Source: an uncultured cyanobacterium (GTDB lineage: Bacteria; Cyanobacteriota; Cyanobacteriia; Cyanobacteriales; Nostocaceae). From it: a DNA stretch of 64,000 bases. Both the position numbers and the translations under genes were made by a program. The stretch is taken from the NCBI GenBank assembly GCA_963706595.1, contig OY970166.1, forward strand, positions 1,248,001 through 1,312,000, written 5' to 3'. Shown in pieces: positions 32,280 to 42,326 of this stretch; within the stretch, counting starts at the first letter, position 1, and each line of letters starts with the position of its first letter. The notes beneath the pieces were generated by a model, which saw only the letters and a program-made list of their open reading frames with translations, was not told where the DNA came from and did no database searches.

Positions 32280-32909
32280 TCATTGGGAAGTTACCGTCTT
32301 CTCCCCCCTGCGCCCTGCGCCCTGCACCCCTGCCTCTTCCCCCCTGCTCCCTGCTCCCTGCGCCCCTGCCTCTTCCCACTCCCCACTCAATCGGCGAAAA
32401 TTAAAATCCCTCGCGCCCGGATGACAACTCACACAACTGCTGAGTTCAACAGGACGGGGTAAATCAACTTGGGGATGCAAAGCCTTAAAATAACGTGAAG
32501 AATTGACGCGATAGGGTGTAGCTTCGTCTTGTCGCTGTGTACGTGAAAAAGTAGAAAGATATTGCCAAACGAGGATACGGGGAGGATCGATTAAAGGTGT
32601 AAGTTGTGCGCCGTAGTGCTGTGAGTCTTGTAAAAGATTTCTCCAGGTTTGGGAGGGTAAAACTTCTGGTGGGACAGCTATGTGACAAGTAGAGCAGTTA
32701 TCTAGATATAGCTGTTTCCCTAATTGATACTGTGCGGGTATTACGTCAACTGTACCAATTTCTGATGTGGGAGTAGCACTGTGAGCGCTAGTGGCAAGGG
32801 AAAGCAGCCAGCCCATAGCCAGACTCCAAGCTAAAATTACCACAATTAAGCCCAAGGGACGGCGTTTGAGTTGACGTTTTCGGAATTTACGTTTAACAAG
32901 ATTTGACAT
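32280..32909 (-). CDS. Dihaem cytochrome c family protein; C-terminal tail encoded by STRR repeats
   Basis: Two CxxCH motifs (CSTCH, CVSCH), N-terminal signal/TM segment. Confidence 0.82.
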   Translation of the reverse strand: MSNLVKRKFRKRQLKRRPLGLIVVILAWSLAMGWLLSLATSAHSATPTSEIGTVDVIPAQYQLGKQLYLDNCSTCHIAVPPEVLPSQTWRNLLQDSQHYGAQLTPLIDPPRILVWQYLSTFSRTQRQDEATPYRVNSSRYFKALHPQVDLPRPVELSSCVSCHPGARDFNFRRLSGEWEEAGAQGAGSRGEEAGVQGAGRRGEKTVTSQ

Positions 32910-33018
32910 TCCTCACACTCCCCAATACTTAGATGTGGCACTTTTAACCAATCATAGAGCTTACACAGACCTAATATAGGAATCCGATTTGATTATTGAA
33001 AAAATCTCAGTATATGTA

Positions 33019-33149
33019 GTGGACTGACAAGCCTAAAATAGTGCAATAGACAAAACTATTGTGGGGTGGGCATCCTGCCCGCCCAGAACAGGCAAGATGC
33101 CTGTTCCACAAGAGAAATATAATGCAACATTTTAAGCTTGCCACGCCAG
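33019..33149. mobile_element. 131-bp MITE with IS630-type ends abutting the IS
   Basis: TA|GTGGACTGACAAGCCTAAAATAG...CATTTTAAGCTTGCCACGCCAG|TA; inverted relative at ~46545-46641. Confidence 0.75.
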
Positions 33150-33151
33150 TA

Positions 33152-34400
33152 GTAGCGTGGCAAGCTTAAAATGTTGCATTAGAATCAACGATTTTGTGAG
33201 TTTCAAACACTGGGTAAAGATGTTTAAGTTTGATACGAGCATCATCAGTAGTAAAACGCCAAATAACTTTACCTGCGGTGCGGTTACGTTCGTTTTGCCA
33301 AGCGGTCAATTCTCTAGATAGTTGACAAATACTAGGAATTCGTCGGTCTAGGCACTGTTGGCTTAAAACGCTTAATTCAATCTCGGCAACATTGAGCCAG
33401 CTTCCATTGCGAGGAGTGTAATAAATCTCCAGTCTCCTAGCCAAGCGGTGAGCTTCTGGTGCGGGAAAAGCTTCGTAAAGTGATGTAATGCTATGAGTAT
33501 TCAGGTTGTCACATAGCAATTTGACCTTGGTGGCTTGGGGATAGTCTTCATCTAATAGTTGACGGACTTCTTCAGCCCAATCAACACGAGTCCGATGAGC
33601 GCGATTGCTGACACGTCGCCAACCTCTGATGGGGTCGAAAAACATGAACAAAGCTTGGACTCCTTCACGAGTATAGTGATAATCTTCTTTTGCATCTTTA
33701 CCAGGTTCCATTGGTTTTGGCTCATAAAGATGCCCGGTTAATTGTCTAGAAGCTTCATCCATACAGACTAAAGGTTCCAAATCACTATGTTCTTGGCTAT
33801 AAAGGTCTAAAACTACTTCCATTTGAGACACAAAACGTGCTAAATCCCGTTCGGGAATACAAAATCTTTCTGTTTTCCAGGGGCGTAATTTGTTTTTTTT
33901 AATGTCTTTCTAATCGTCTCCCTAGAAATTTCTATGACAATTTTTCGGTTTTGAATTTCTTGCGTCAGTAATCTTAGACTCCAGTGTGCTTGCCCCGTGG
34001 GAGGTTCAGAACAACATAATGCGATGATTTGGGCTTCAGTATAACCATCTATCTTGCTGGGATTTGGTGGTTTTAACCTCTGATAACGATTTAAGGCAGG
34101 TTCTTCTCCATTTTCAAGGAACCTCTTCCTAATTCTTGCCACCGTATTGCGATGAACCCTTAAGGCTATACTTATTTCTTCATCTGTCCATTTTTTCCTT
34201 GCACCCTCTCCCTCGTCGCACATTAACAACACCTGTGCGTGCAATATTTTTTTGGCTGGGGCCTGTCCGTTGCGAGCGATCGCTTCTAATCTTTGTCTTT
34301 TTTCTGTATATAATATTACTTTATCTCTCCGACCTCTCCCCATCAATTTCTCCTTTTTTTTCCTCCATTCTATTGCAACATTTTAAGCTTGTCACGCCAC
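33152..34400 (-). mobile_element. IS630-family insertion sequence, TA target
   Basis: ~30-bp imperfect IRs GTAGCGTGGCAAGCTTAAAATGTTGCA / TGCAACATTTTAAGCTTGTCACGCCAC flanked by TA; HTH and DDE ORFs inside. Confidence 0.92.
33166..34346 (-). CDS. IS630 transposase in two ORFs (33840-34346 HTH; 33166-33831 DDE) joined by a -1 frameshift at an A8 run (33893-33900)
   Basis: VCMDE, CDNLNTH and SWLNVAEIE catalytic motifs; the shifted reading gives LKKNKLRPWK, a typical IS630 junction. Confidence 0.9.
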
Positions 34401-34402
34401 TA

Positions 34403-34507
34403 CTGGCGTGACAAGCTTAAAATAGTGCATTAGGAAAAATCAGAAAACATTGATTTATCTCAATTTTCTCAAAAATCTATTGCAACATTTTAGCCTTGTC
34501 AGTCCAC
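34403..34507. mobile_element. 105-bp IS630-type MITE abutting the IS
   Basis: Near-identical to 9383-9487; TA at 34401-34402 and 34508-34509. Confidence 0.85.
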
Positions 34508-34630
34508 TACGATACTTAATTTTTTCATAAATCAAACCGGATTCCTATATCTTATTATAATCAATACATAATTTACATTTTCGAGACGCGATAAATCGCC
34601 GTCTCTACAAGGTGCTGTCATGGGTGAAAA

Positions 34631-36430
34631 CTAATTACTATTTACCATTTTCACAGACTTGATTTGTTGAAACACATAGAGGGACTGAGCCACACATTCA
34701 TCCATATTGTAATATTTATAAGTCGCTAACCGTCCCACAAAATACACCCCTGACATCGAATCTGCCAACGCCTTGTATTTCTTGTAAATTTCATGATTCT
34801 CAGGACGGGGTATAGGATAATAGGGTTCACCTTCCGCCTGGGGAAACTCATAAACAATGCTAGTTTTATTGTGTTCCTGTCCAGTTAAATACTTAAACTC
34901 TGTCACACGAGTATACAAATGTTCATTGGGATAGTTAATTACTGGCGCTGGTTGAAACACAGGGGTATTATGTGTCTCGTGCTGGAAATGAATTGACCTA
35001 TAAGGTAATTTGCCATAGCGATAATCGAAAAATTTATCAATCGCCCCGGTATAAACCATCTCACGCCAAGGGATTACCTGCTCAATTTCCCGGTAATCGG
35101 TGTTCAGCATCACCTTAATATTGGGATGGTCTAACATCTTCTCGAACATCCGAGTATAGCCTTGCAGAGGCATTGCTTGATAGGTGTCAGTGAAATATCG
35201 GTTGTCGCGGTTGTTACGGGTGGGAATCTTAGGAATGACTGATTTATCTAACTCTGAAGGGTCGAGTCCCCATTGCTTGCGAATGTAGCCTTGGAAGAAT
35301 TTTTTATACAGTTCTTTACCAACTTTGCTGACTATGGCATCTTCTGATGTGCGGATGTATTCTTTTGGTTCCGCAATACATTTAAAGAACTCATCCACCT
35401 CAAATGAATTCAGGTTCATTCCATAAAGTTGGTTAATGCTGTCCAAATTGATGGGGAGAGGCAACATTTGCCCATCAACGCTACTCAAAACGCGATGTTG
35501 GTAAGGTCGCCACTGAGTAAACTGTGAAAGGTATTCAAAGACTTCTTGGGAGTTGGTGTGAAAGATGTGGGGACCGTATTTATGGATGAGAATGCCATAA
35601 TTATCATAATAATCGTAAGCATTACCACCAATGTGATTGCGCTTGTCCACAACTAGCACCTTTTTACCACACTGACGCGCCAAACGTTCGGCAATCACGC
35701 TTCCAGAAAATCCCGCGCCCACAATTAAGTAATCAAATTGCCAATCTGTTTTCAAGGTTTCTGGTGCTTTGTAACTCTGTATTGCCTTCTGGGTATGGCT
35801 TGTGTCTTGTTTCTGACGCGCTGCAATGGCAAAATCTATCAGCTTCATCATTGTATGCCAAGTGCGATCGCAATCACCGCTAATAGGAAACGCATAGATA
35901 TTCGGGTGTTGATGTACCTGAATGGCTTGGCTACTTTGTTCGCCGATAATAAACACCAAGTCTGCAATCAAGAACATTTCACTCTCGTATTCCTGGAGTG
36001 CCGGAGGTATGCTTTTAATTGTGGGTAACTCATCCATGCAATCGTATATCACTGCCTGGGGTTGTAGGTTCCGAGTAAAGGCGATCGCTTTGGATGTACA
36101 ATACCAGAAAATGTAATTGTCAAGATGATTCTCTGAAAAAAAAGCATTGAGCAATTTCTGTAACTCTGCGTTTATCTCCTCCTCACTCAGTCCTTTTGGC
36201 AGAGATGGAATCACCACCACTAAACCACTCTTGTCTTGTCTAACATCTAACCGCCCCAGCCGTTGGTCAGTAAAAATTACCTGCTCGATAAAAAATACTC
36301 GCCGTTGTGAAGTACAGCGACTTAAAATATGTTTTAATCTGGGGTGAACAGAATTCCAACGCCAATTAGACAAGCAAACTATCTCAGGTGTTTCTGAAGT
36401 AAAGGTCGTAAAACTACAATCAATTGCCAT
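34631..36430 (-). CDS. glf: UDP-galactopyranose mutase with an N-terminal partial glycosyltransferase-like domain
   Basis: VGAGFSG, HIGGNAYD, HKYGPHIFHTN, GRLATYKYYNMD; N-terminal YDCMDEL GT-like segment. Confidence 0.9.
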   Translation of the reverse strand: MAIDCSFTTFTSETPEIVCLSNWRWNSVHPRLKHILSRCTSQRRVFFIEQVIFTDQRLGRLDVRQDKSGLVVVIPSLPKGLSEEEINAELQKLLNAFFSENHLDNYIFWYCTSKAIAFTRNLQPQAVIYDCMDELPTIKSIPPALQEYESEMFLIADLVFIIGEQSSQAIQVHQHPNIYAFPISGDCDRTWHTMMKLIDFAIAARQKQDTSHTQKAIQSYKAPETLKTDWQFDYLIVGAGFSGSVIAERLARQCGKKVLVVDKRNHIGGNAYDYYDNYGILIHKYGPHIFHTNSQEVFEYLSQFTQWRPYQHRVLSSVDGQMLPLPINLDSINQLYGMNLNSFEVDEFFKCIAEPKEYIRTSEDAIVSKVGKELYKKFFQGYIRKQWGLDPSELDKSVIPKIPTRNNRDNRYFTDTYQAMPLQGYTRMFEKMLDHPNIKVMLNTDYREIEQVIPWREMVYTGAIDKFFDYRYGKLPYRSIHFQHETHNTPVFQPAPVINYPNEHLYTRVTEFKYLTGQEHNKTSIVYEFPQAEGEPYYPIPRPENHEIYKKYKALADSMSGVYFVGRLATYKYYNMDECVAQSLYVFQQIKSVKMVNSN

Positions 36431-36576
36431 ATTTTCCTGAAAATACTTGGTATGTTTTTAAATGCAGTAGTCACGCTGAAATTGGCTCAGTTATATCTGG
36501 GTGATGATTGACTGCAAAGCCTAATTGTGCAGTTATACCGAAAGCATTTGCCAGCATATCTACCACATCTGTTTGA

Positions 36577-36694
36577 TATAGCAACCGCCAAAGAGGTTAA
36601 GACATAAAGGGATACAGCAAAAGGGTTTTAACCCACTCCCTACTCCCTACTCCCTACTCCCCAGCCATACTTGATAAAACTGCCTATTGCTATA
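36577..36694. mobile_element. MITE-like element with TATAGCAA ends, containing an STRR array
   Basis: TATAGCAACCGCC...ATTGCTATA; the left end matches, inverted, 39821-39861. Confidence 0.65.
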
Positions 36695-37541
36695 AAATAT
36701 CTGGCCTGTACTTTTGCCAATAATAAAGATTACATTCATTGTAATAATCAATCCAGGGACAAAATTCCCAATCAGGTAAATTTTCCCAAATAATTGAACT
36801 AGGATTAACAGCAATAATCCAACCAGCTTTTTTAACTTGTAAAGACAAGTCTAGATCATCAAAGTAAATACAAGAATTTTTAAACACTCCAATATACTGC
36901 ACAACTTGATGGCGCAATAGCAGTGATTTAGCTGCACAAGCCTCTACCCTAATATAAGGTTGACTATATAGTAATTCCTCACTCAAAGTATGATTTTGCC
37001 TACCAAATTTTGTTTTTGATTGTGGATGTTCACCATTAATCAAGTTACCAAATTCTTGAATAGTTTGAGGTTCTTGTCGGCGATAAAATTGAGAACCCAC
37101 TAAGCCCACTTCATCATGATCTTGTAAGGTCGTAATCAATGCGTTGAGAGCTAAAGGGTCTAGACGCACATTATCGTCAAGCAGCCAGATGTAATCATAT
37201 TTAAGTTGACTCACAAATTGTAACCCATAATAAAAAGTGCCAGAATCTCCTAAGTTTTTACTGGGTTGGAGAACCTTAATGTCAGCAAAATTAAATTTTC
37301 CTAAATAAGCTTGAATTTTGTGATCTAAAGCATGATCTACAATATATATATCAATTTTAATCTGATATAATTTCAGCCTGCCAATATCTTCCAGCACTGA
37401 AAATAGAGAATTGAAATTATGATCAGTCTCAATAATAATTGCAACTTTCTTGATGTGCTTCCGAGAGATGTGGGTTTGTACCTCTGGTTGAGCTAAATAT
37501 CCTGAAAAGTAAGATTCCACTTTTGCAAATCTCCAAAACAC
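36690..37541 (-). CDS. Glycosyltransferase family 2 protein, possibly degenerate or truncated
   Basis: IYIVDH, NLGDSG, YIWLLDDN, YFDDLDLSLQ; the stop codon falls within the MITE end. Confidence 0.65.
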   Translation of the reverse strand: MFWRFAKVESYFSGYLAQPEVQTHISRKHIKKVAIIIETDHNFNSLFSVLEDIGRLKLYQIKIDIYIVDHALDHKIQAYLGKFNFADIKVLQPSKNLGDSGTFYYGLQFVSQLKYDYIWLLDDNVRLDPLALNALITTLQDHDEVGLVGSQFYRRQEPQTIQEFGNLINGEHPQSKTKFGRQNHTLSEELLYSQPYIRVEACAAKSLLLRHQVVQYIGVFKNSCIYFDDLDLSLQVKKAGWIIAVNPSSIIWENLPDWEFCPWIDYYNECNLYYWQKYRPDIL

Positions 37542-37802
37542 TTATTTTGATTTTCGATAATTTTCCCGCGAATAATGAACTTAAATAAGCATTTTTCCAA
37601 TGCATAATAAAAGCGCACATAGCTCAAAAATGTAACCTGTAGGTTTTTTTTACTCGTCTGTCTAAAGGGTGAACAGTTGGAACCCATTCAGGTGTAAAAT
37701 GTAAATTATGCTACAAAAAATTAATTTCTGAAAATAGTTTGAATAGTAAATTTGCTGTCAAATTGCCTACAAGATAAGCATTACAGCCCTAATTCTGACT
37801 AA

Positions 37803-38013
37803 CTCACATCTTGCACCTAGCCCAGGCGATTGGAAATCGCGGCTATACAAACAAAGTCCGCCTACGCGGACTAACAGAAAATCAAGGTTTTTAACCCGCG
37901 TAGGCGGTGAAGGAGTCGCAGTCTTGGCGGTTCCCGTCGATTGCGAACTCCCGAACCCGAAGGGGTTTCGCCTGTGTAGCCGCGACTTCTAGTCGCTTGG
38001 TGCAAGATATCAG
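37803..38013. mobile_element. MITE-like element with internal hairpins
   Basis: Imperfect IRs CTCACATCTTGCACC / GGTGCAAGATATCAG; internal inverted pairs (CGCGGCTA/TAGCCGCG, CCGCCTACGCGG/CCGCGTAGGCGG). Confidence 0.65.
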
Positions 38014-38169
38014 TGATAACTGTTCATTGATTCGATAACTCTGGAAATTTTGCAAATTAAAAATCGGCGCAATTCATAGTTTTTGGCAGAATTACCCCGA
38101 ATTTAGGATTTGAGAAAGCATAGACGCACTCTTCGGCGCACTCCCAATTTTAAATTACGTTTTAATTAC

Positions 38170-38430
38170 TTAAACCCTTGTGGGTTTCAAAAATAACCAT
38201 GCTGTAAAGAAGGTAGCAGCAGTAAATAGTTGCGTCAAATCCAAAGCAGATAGATAGCCATCCGCAAAGGAAGCGATACTACGGTCTGTGATTCCAAATA
38301 CCCAAGATGAAAGGCCAAATAGCCAAATTCCGTTTTTGAGATTACCTACAAATTGCTGCGAGTCTGATGGTTGCTTGTCTTTCATCATCTTTTGCTCCGT
38401 CGATGAAGAATCTGGTGCTTGATTAGTCAA
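38170..38430 (-). CDS. Small hypothetical membrane protein
   Basis: 86 aa with two hydrophobic segments. Confidence 0.6.
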   Translation of the reverse strand: MTNQAPDSSSTEQKMMKDKQPSDSQQFVGNLKNGIWLFGLSSWVFGITDRSIASFADGYLSALDLTQLFTAATFFTAWLFLKPTRV

Positions 38431-38844
38431 AACTTATGGGGACTCCTAATTTTGAAGTTACACTTATATATATTAATAAATATTTCAGATACTTGACTTA
38501 ACCACCTAAAGGCACATCTGCTGATTTTGAAATTCCTTCTTTAGTTCTCTCGCTTCCGAAGGAGTGTAATCTTTGATAGAGTAGTTGTGAAAAAACTCAG
38601 TCAACGCATTGATACATTTATCGGCGTTGCTGATTTGAAGTATGAACACGATTTGTGATCATGTCAAAACCCCTGTAGAGACGTTCCATGGAACGTCTCT
38701 ACATTTAAATTCATACTTGGTTTGGGCAACGCCCATTTATCGATAAGTTTTTGGGCGATGCTGATTGATTGTCACTGTCTTACCGCTTTACCACCCTTTT
38801 CGGTAGAATGACTTGGAAACTCAGTCAAGAAGAACTTAAAGATC

Positions 38845-39717
38845 ATGGTACTAGCTCGTATTGGAATTATTGGTGGTAGTGGTCTATACAAAATGGCAGA
38901 CCTGAAGGATGTGGAAGAGGTACAAATTGCAACTCCTTTTGGTTCGCCTTCTGATGCTTTGATTTTGGGAACACTGTCAGGCACAAAAGTCGCTTTTTTA
39001 GCTCGTCATGGACGTAATCATACTCTATTGCCTTCTGAGTTGCCGTTTCGCGCCAATATTTATGCGATGAAGCAAGTGGGTGTGGAGTATTTAATTTCGG
39101 CTAGTGCGGTGGGTTCCTTAAAGGCTGAGGTTAAACCACTGGATATGGTGATTCCAAATCAGTTTATTGACAGAACCAAAAATCGGGCTTCGACGTTTTT
39201 CGGTGAGGGTATTGTGGCTCACATTGCTTTTGCTGACCCCATTTGTCAAAATTTAGCTGGGGTGTTGGCAGATGCGATCGCTTCTCTAAATTTACCAGAT
39301 GTGGGTCTACATCGTGGCGGCACTTATGTGTGCATGGAAGGTCCTGCATTTTCCACTCAGGCGGAATCCCATCTTTACCGCAGTTGGGATGCAACAGTGA
39401 TTGGAATGACGAACTTACCAGAAGCGAAGTTAGCCAGGGAAGCGGAAATTGCCTATGCAACTTTAGCGCTGGTAACAGATTATGATTGCTGGCATCCAGA
39501 TCATGATAGTGTGACGGTAGAAATGATCATTGGTAATTTACAGCGCAATGCAGTTAATGCTCAAAAGGTAATTCAAGAAACTGTGCGGCGCTTGAGTGAA
39601 AATCCCCCGGTTAGTGACGCTCATTCGGCGTTGAAGTATGCGATTTTAACTCAGTTGGATCAAGCCCCGGCGGCGACTAAAGAAAAATTGGAGTTATTGT
39701 TGCGGAAGTATTTGTAG
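38845..39717 (+). CDS. mtnP: S-methyl-5'-thioadenosine phosphorylase
   Basis: [50 protein letters not shown]. Confidence 0.93.
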   Translation: MVLARIGIIGGSGLYKMADLKDVEEVQIATPFGSPSDALILGTLSGTKVAFLARHGRNHTLLPSELPFRANIYAMKQVGVEYLISASAVGSLKAEVKPLDMVIPNQFIDRTKNRASTFFGEGIVAHIAFADPICQNLAGVLADAIASLNLPDVGLHRGGTYVCMEGPAFSTQAESHLYRSWDATVIGMTNLPEAKLAREAEIAYATLALVTDYDCWHPDHDSVTVEMIIGNLQRNAVNAQKVIQETVRRLSENPPVSDAHSALKYAILTQLDQAPAATKEKLELLLRKYL

Positions 39718-39732
39718 TAGACTTCACGGAAT

Positions 39733-40017
39733 TATAGCTGGGGAGTAGGGAGTTACTTCGACTACGCTCAGTAACCGGGGGAGTAGGGAGTGGGTGAAAA
39801 ACCGAGTGGTGTCTAAGTTTGATTATCCGTTTATGTGTTAACCTCCTTGGCGGTTGCTATAAATATACTTTTTCCATAACTTTTGTAGAGACGTTGTATA
39901 GCGGTTCTTGGTTGAGTGAGATACAAGAACCCCACCCCCAACCCCCTCCCCGCAAGCGAGGAGGGGGCTATGATGTATTTCATTCAAGTGCATACCGCTA
40001 TATACAACGTCTCTACA
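39733..40017. repeat. Cluster of nested repeats (two TATAGC-ended MITEs, STRR, short dispersed repeat, GTAG palindrome)
   Basis: 39733-39861 element; 39897-40002 element inserted at the centre of TGTAGAGACGTTGTA/TACAACGTCTCTACA. Confidence 0.75.
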
Positions 40018-40085
40018 TTTTCTGTCCCCAAATGTCTGATTAACCCCACAGATGCGGAGTGTTTGAGGAGTCGGGGAGCGATAAT

Positions 40086-42227
40086 TTACGCTACTTGAAA
40101 ATCAAAGTTGAAACTAGCCCAATTTTTGACATCTAATACATAAGAGTCAGTGGATGTACTGCTGCTTTCCCATTTAACTGCACTCGTATTATGCAAATCT
40201 TGCAACAATGCTTGGGCAATTTCTAACGGTTTCAATAATGCCCCGAAGGGTCTTTGATCTGTGATCGGATACTTAGATTTTTCGAGATATCCTAGTGTTT
40301 CCCGAAAGGGGGCGGTACTCAGAACCATTTGATGTTCACATTCATCAGATGGGCCGGGGAACATCCATTCCGAAGCAGTCACATTTTTTGGTAATAAGAG
40401 GGTTTCACTTGGGGCAATAACTACTTGTTGAAACAGGGGTTTGGAGTTAATCAAGGTAGTTTCTTCAGGAGATTGCCAAGGATAAAAGGCGATCGCATTT
40501 CTATTGTTTGTTAACCCCAGCAGCATTAAATAAATCGGGCGATCGCTCTGATTCTGCAATCTATACTGCATTCGACTACCAATAGGCACAGTAGTATTAC
40601 TTAAACCAGTGAGCAGTGATTTGTTTTGCAGTTGTTCTCTGCTCAGGGTGCGTGTGGTTTCGCGTTGCATAACGACGCGAGGTGACAAGTTATTAATGAT
40701 CTCTAGGGTGGCTTTCACTGGTAGGCGGGAAGAACCTTCATTTTCTGTGAGTCGCCATAACTTTGCGGCTAACAAAGTTGGTAATATCGGCATTAACCTT
40801 TGCACTACCAATTTCACAGCTTCCCCAGGTTCCCCAGATGTGTTGGGAATGAGTTTGCCTCCCGGAGTAAATAAACCATAGCGGCTGGGAGATTCTGATA
40901 GTTTACCAAATACACAATCGGCTGGTTGTTCTCCGGCGATCACAGTAGAAATATGGTCAATGGCCGCAAAAGCACTTGTGGCATCTACGCGCTCAATTCG
41001 TTCTAATCCAGTATCTAAACCAACTATTAAATTCACACTCCGAGGTAATACCCGCACTGCTTCTTGGCATAGTTGCCCGACTTGTAGGGGGGTTTCTGGT
41101 TTAATTTTAGAGATTTGGGCTTTTGCTGTTAACCCAATGCGCGATCGCAATATTAACTGCTCTCCTGTTAATAGAGTAAATCGGGAATTAGCTCCATAGT
41201 TTTCTAATACTTGTGGAGGTAATCCGGCTAAAAATAGTTGGGCTGTTCTACCATCATCTTCAATAACTCTAATTACTCCTTCGGCCCCTACTGTGCGTTT
41301 TGGCAACAGTAAATTCTCAACAGTTAAGGCTTTGAGTTGATTTGTCTCGCCACTAAACAATCCTGGTTGCTGATTGCTCCCCAGTTTATGCATATAGCTG
41401 CCCAGATGGGAAAGACTGAACTGAATTGTTGTTGCTGGTGTAGTTTCCCACAAGTATTGTGTCAAAGCGTAGGTAAATAACCCCGCACTAAAACCAGAAA
41501 ATAGAATTTCCCTCGCCAACTGTTGGGTATCTGAGGTAGCAGACAACACAATTGCATTATTGGGGTTGGAGTTTTGAGTTCGGAGTTGTTGTAAAAACTC
41601 CAGTTCCTCGATTGCTAGTTGTGCCTGTGCTGATTCTGGGCGGACGCGAACACGCCAACCCGTGGGCTGGACTTTGCTCGGAGCATTATAGCTCGTATCC
41701 AATACAGCTGTTACCCGGTCTGTGGGGAGCGATCGCAACAATAGCCGTACTGTTTCTTCTAATATATAGTTGACTATTTCATCTTTTTGTGCATCTTGAG
41801 CATTAGCTGGAACTAAAGCATTCTGCACCGTATCGATAAATCTGCCCGATTTGATGCGCGTACCATAGCCACTAAAGTGGAATAATGCCACATCACCAGC
41901 TTTAACTTGCTGTCCCAGGTGTGCCAAAAAAGCCTCTTCAATAGATTTCCTGGTAGCTTTTTCTTCAGTTAAAGTCAAAATATCCGAGGACAAAAAGCCA
42001 AATCGATGAATTAACAGTTCTTTTTGCAGTTCTACATCAGTGAGACAACCACCCAATGCAGGACCTTTTTGATATTGATTAATGCCAATCAATAATGCTA
42101 ATTTACGTTGACTAGGCTGTGCCAAAGCTTGAGAGTAGCGATCGCTTAAAGTCAACCACTCAGCTTCAGTCACACCCAATACCGCGAGAATGGAACCAAT
42201 CCGTTGTAAAAAAGTCCGACGCTTCAT
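40086..42227 (-). CDS. Caspase-family (orthocaspase) protein with substituted catalytic dyad, Tat-like signal and C-terminal DUF4384-like domain
   Basis: KLALLIGINQY, L.GCLTDV, FHFSGYG (Y at the His site), VLDTSY (S at the Cys site), GLFTYAL; N-terminal MKRRTFLQ. Confidence 0.85.
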   Translation of the reverse strand: MKRRTFLQRIGSILAVLGVTEAEWLTLSDRYSQALAQPSQRKLALLIGINQYQKGPALGGCLTDVELQKELLIHRFGFLSSDILTLTEEKATRKSIEEAFLAHLGQQVKAGDVALFHFSGYGTRIKSGRFIDTVQNALVPANAQDAQKDEIVNYILEETVRLLLRSLPTDRVTAVLDTSYNAPSKVQPTGWRVRVRPESAQAQLAIEELEFLQQLRTQNSNPNNAIVLSATSDTQQLAREILFSGFSAGLFTYALTQYLWETTPATTIQFSLSHLGSYMHKLGSNQQPGLFSGETNQLKALTVENLLLPKRTVGAEGVIRVIEDDGRTAQLFLAGLPPQVLENYGANSRFTLLTGEQLILRSRIGLTAKAQISKIKPETPLQVGQLCQEAVRVLPRSVNLIVGLDTGLERIERVDATSAFAAIDHISTVIAGEQPADCVFGKLSESPSRYGLFTPGGKLIPNTSGEPGEAVKLVVQRLMPILPTLLAAKLWRLTENEGSSRLPVKATLEIINNLSPRVVMQRETTRTLSREQLQNKSLLTGLSNTTVPIGSRMQYRLQNQSDRPIYLMLLGLTNNRNAIAFYPWQSPEETTLINSKPLFQQVVIAPSETLLLPKNVTASEWMFPGPSDECEHQMVLSTAPFRETLGYLEKSKYPITDQRPFGALLKPLEIAQALLQDLHNTSAVKWESSSTSTDSYVLDVKNWASFNFDFQVA

Positions 42228-42326
42228 AATTAGCCATCAGTCCTCAGCCCGTCAGCTAACAGCTTATAGGGCTGAAGTCTGTAGTGTAAAGTTAAAGTTT
42301 ATACGGTTCGTTGATTAACAAATGCC

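Noticed and set aside
33166..34346. IS630 transposase as a pseudogene
   Set aside because: The split is at the canonical slippery A-run, with intact DDE motifs and IRs
40086..42227. Caspase-like protein as CIS effector or anti-phage protease
   Set aside because: 11 kb from the CIS among housekeeping genes, catalytic dyad substituted, no partner gene
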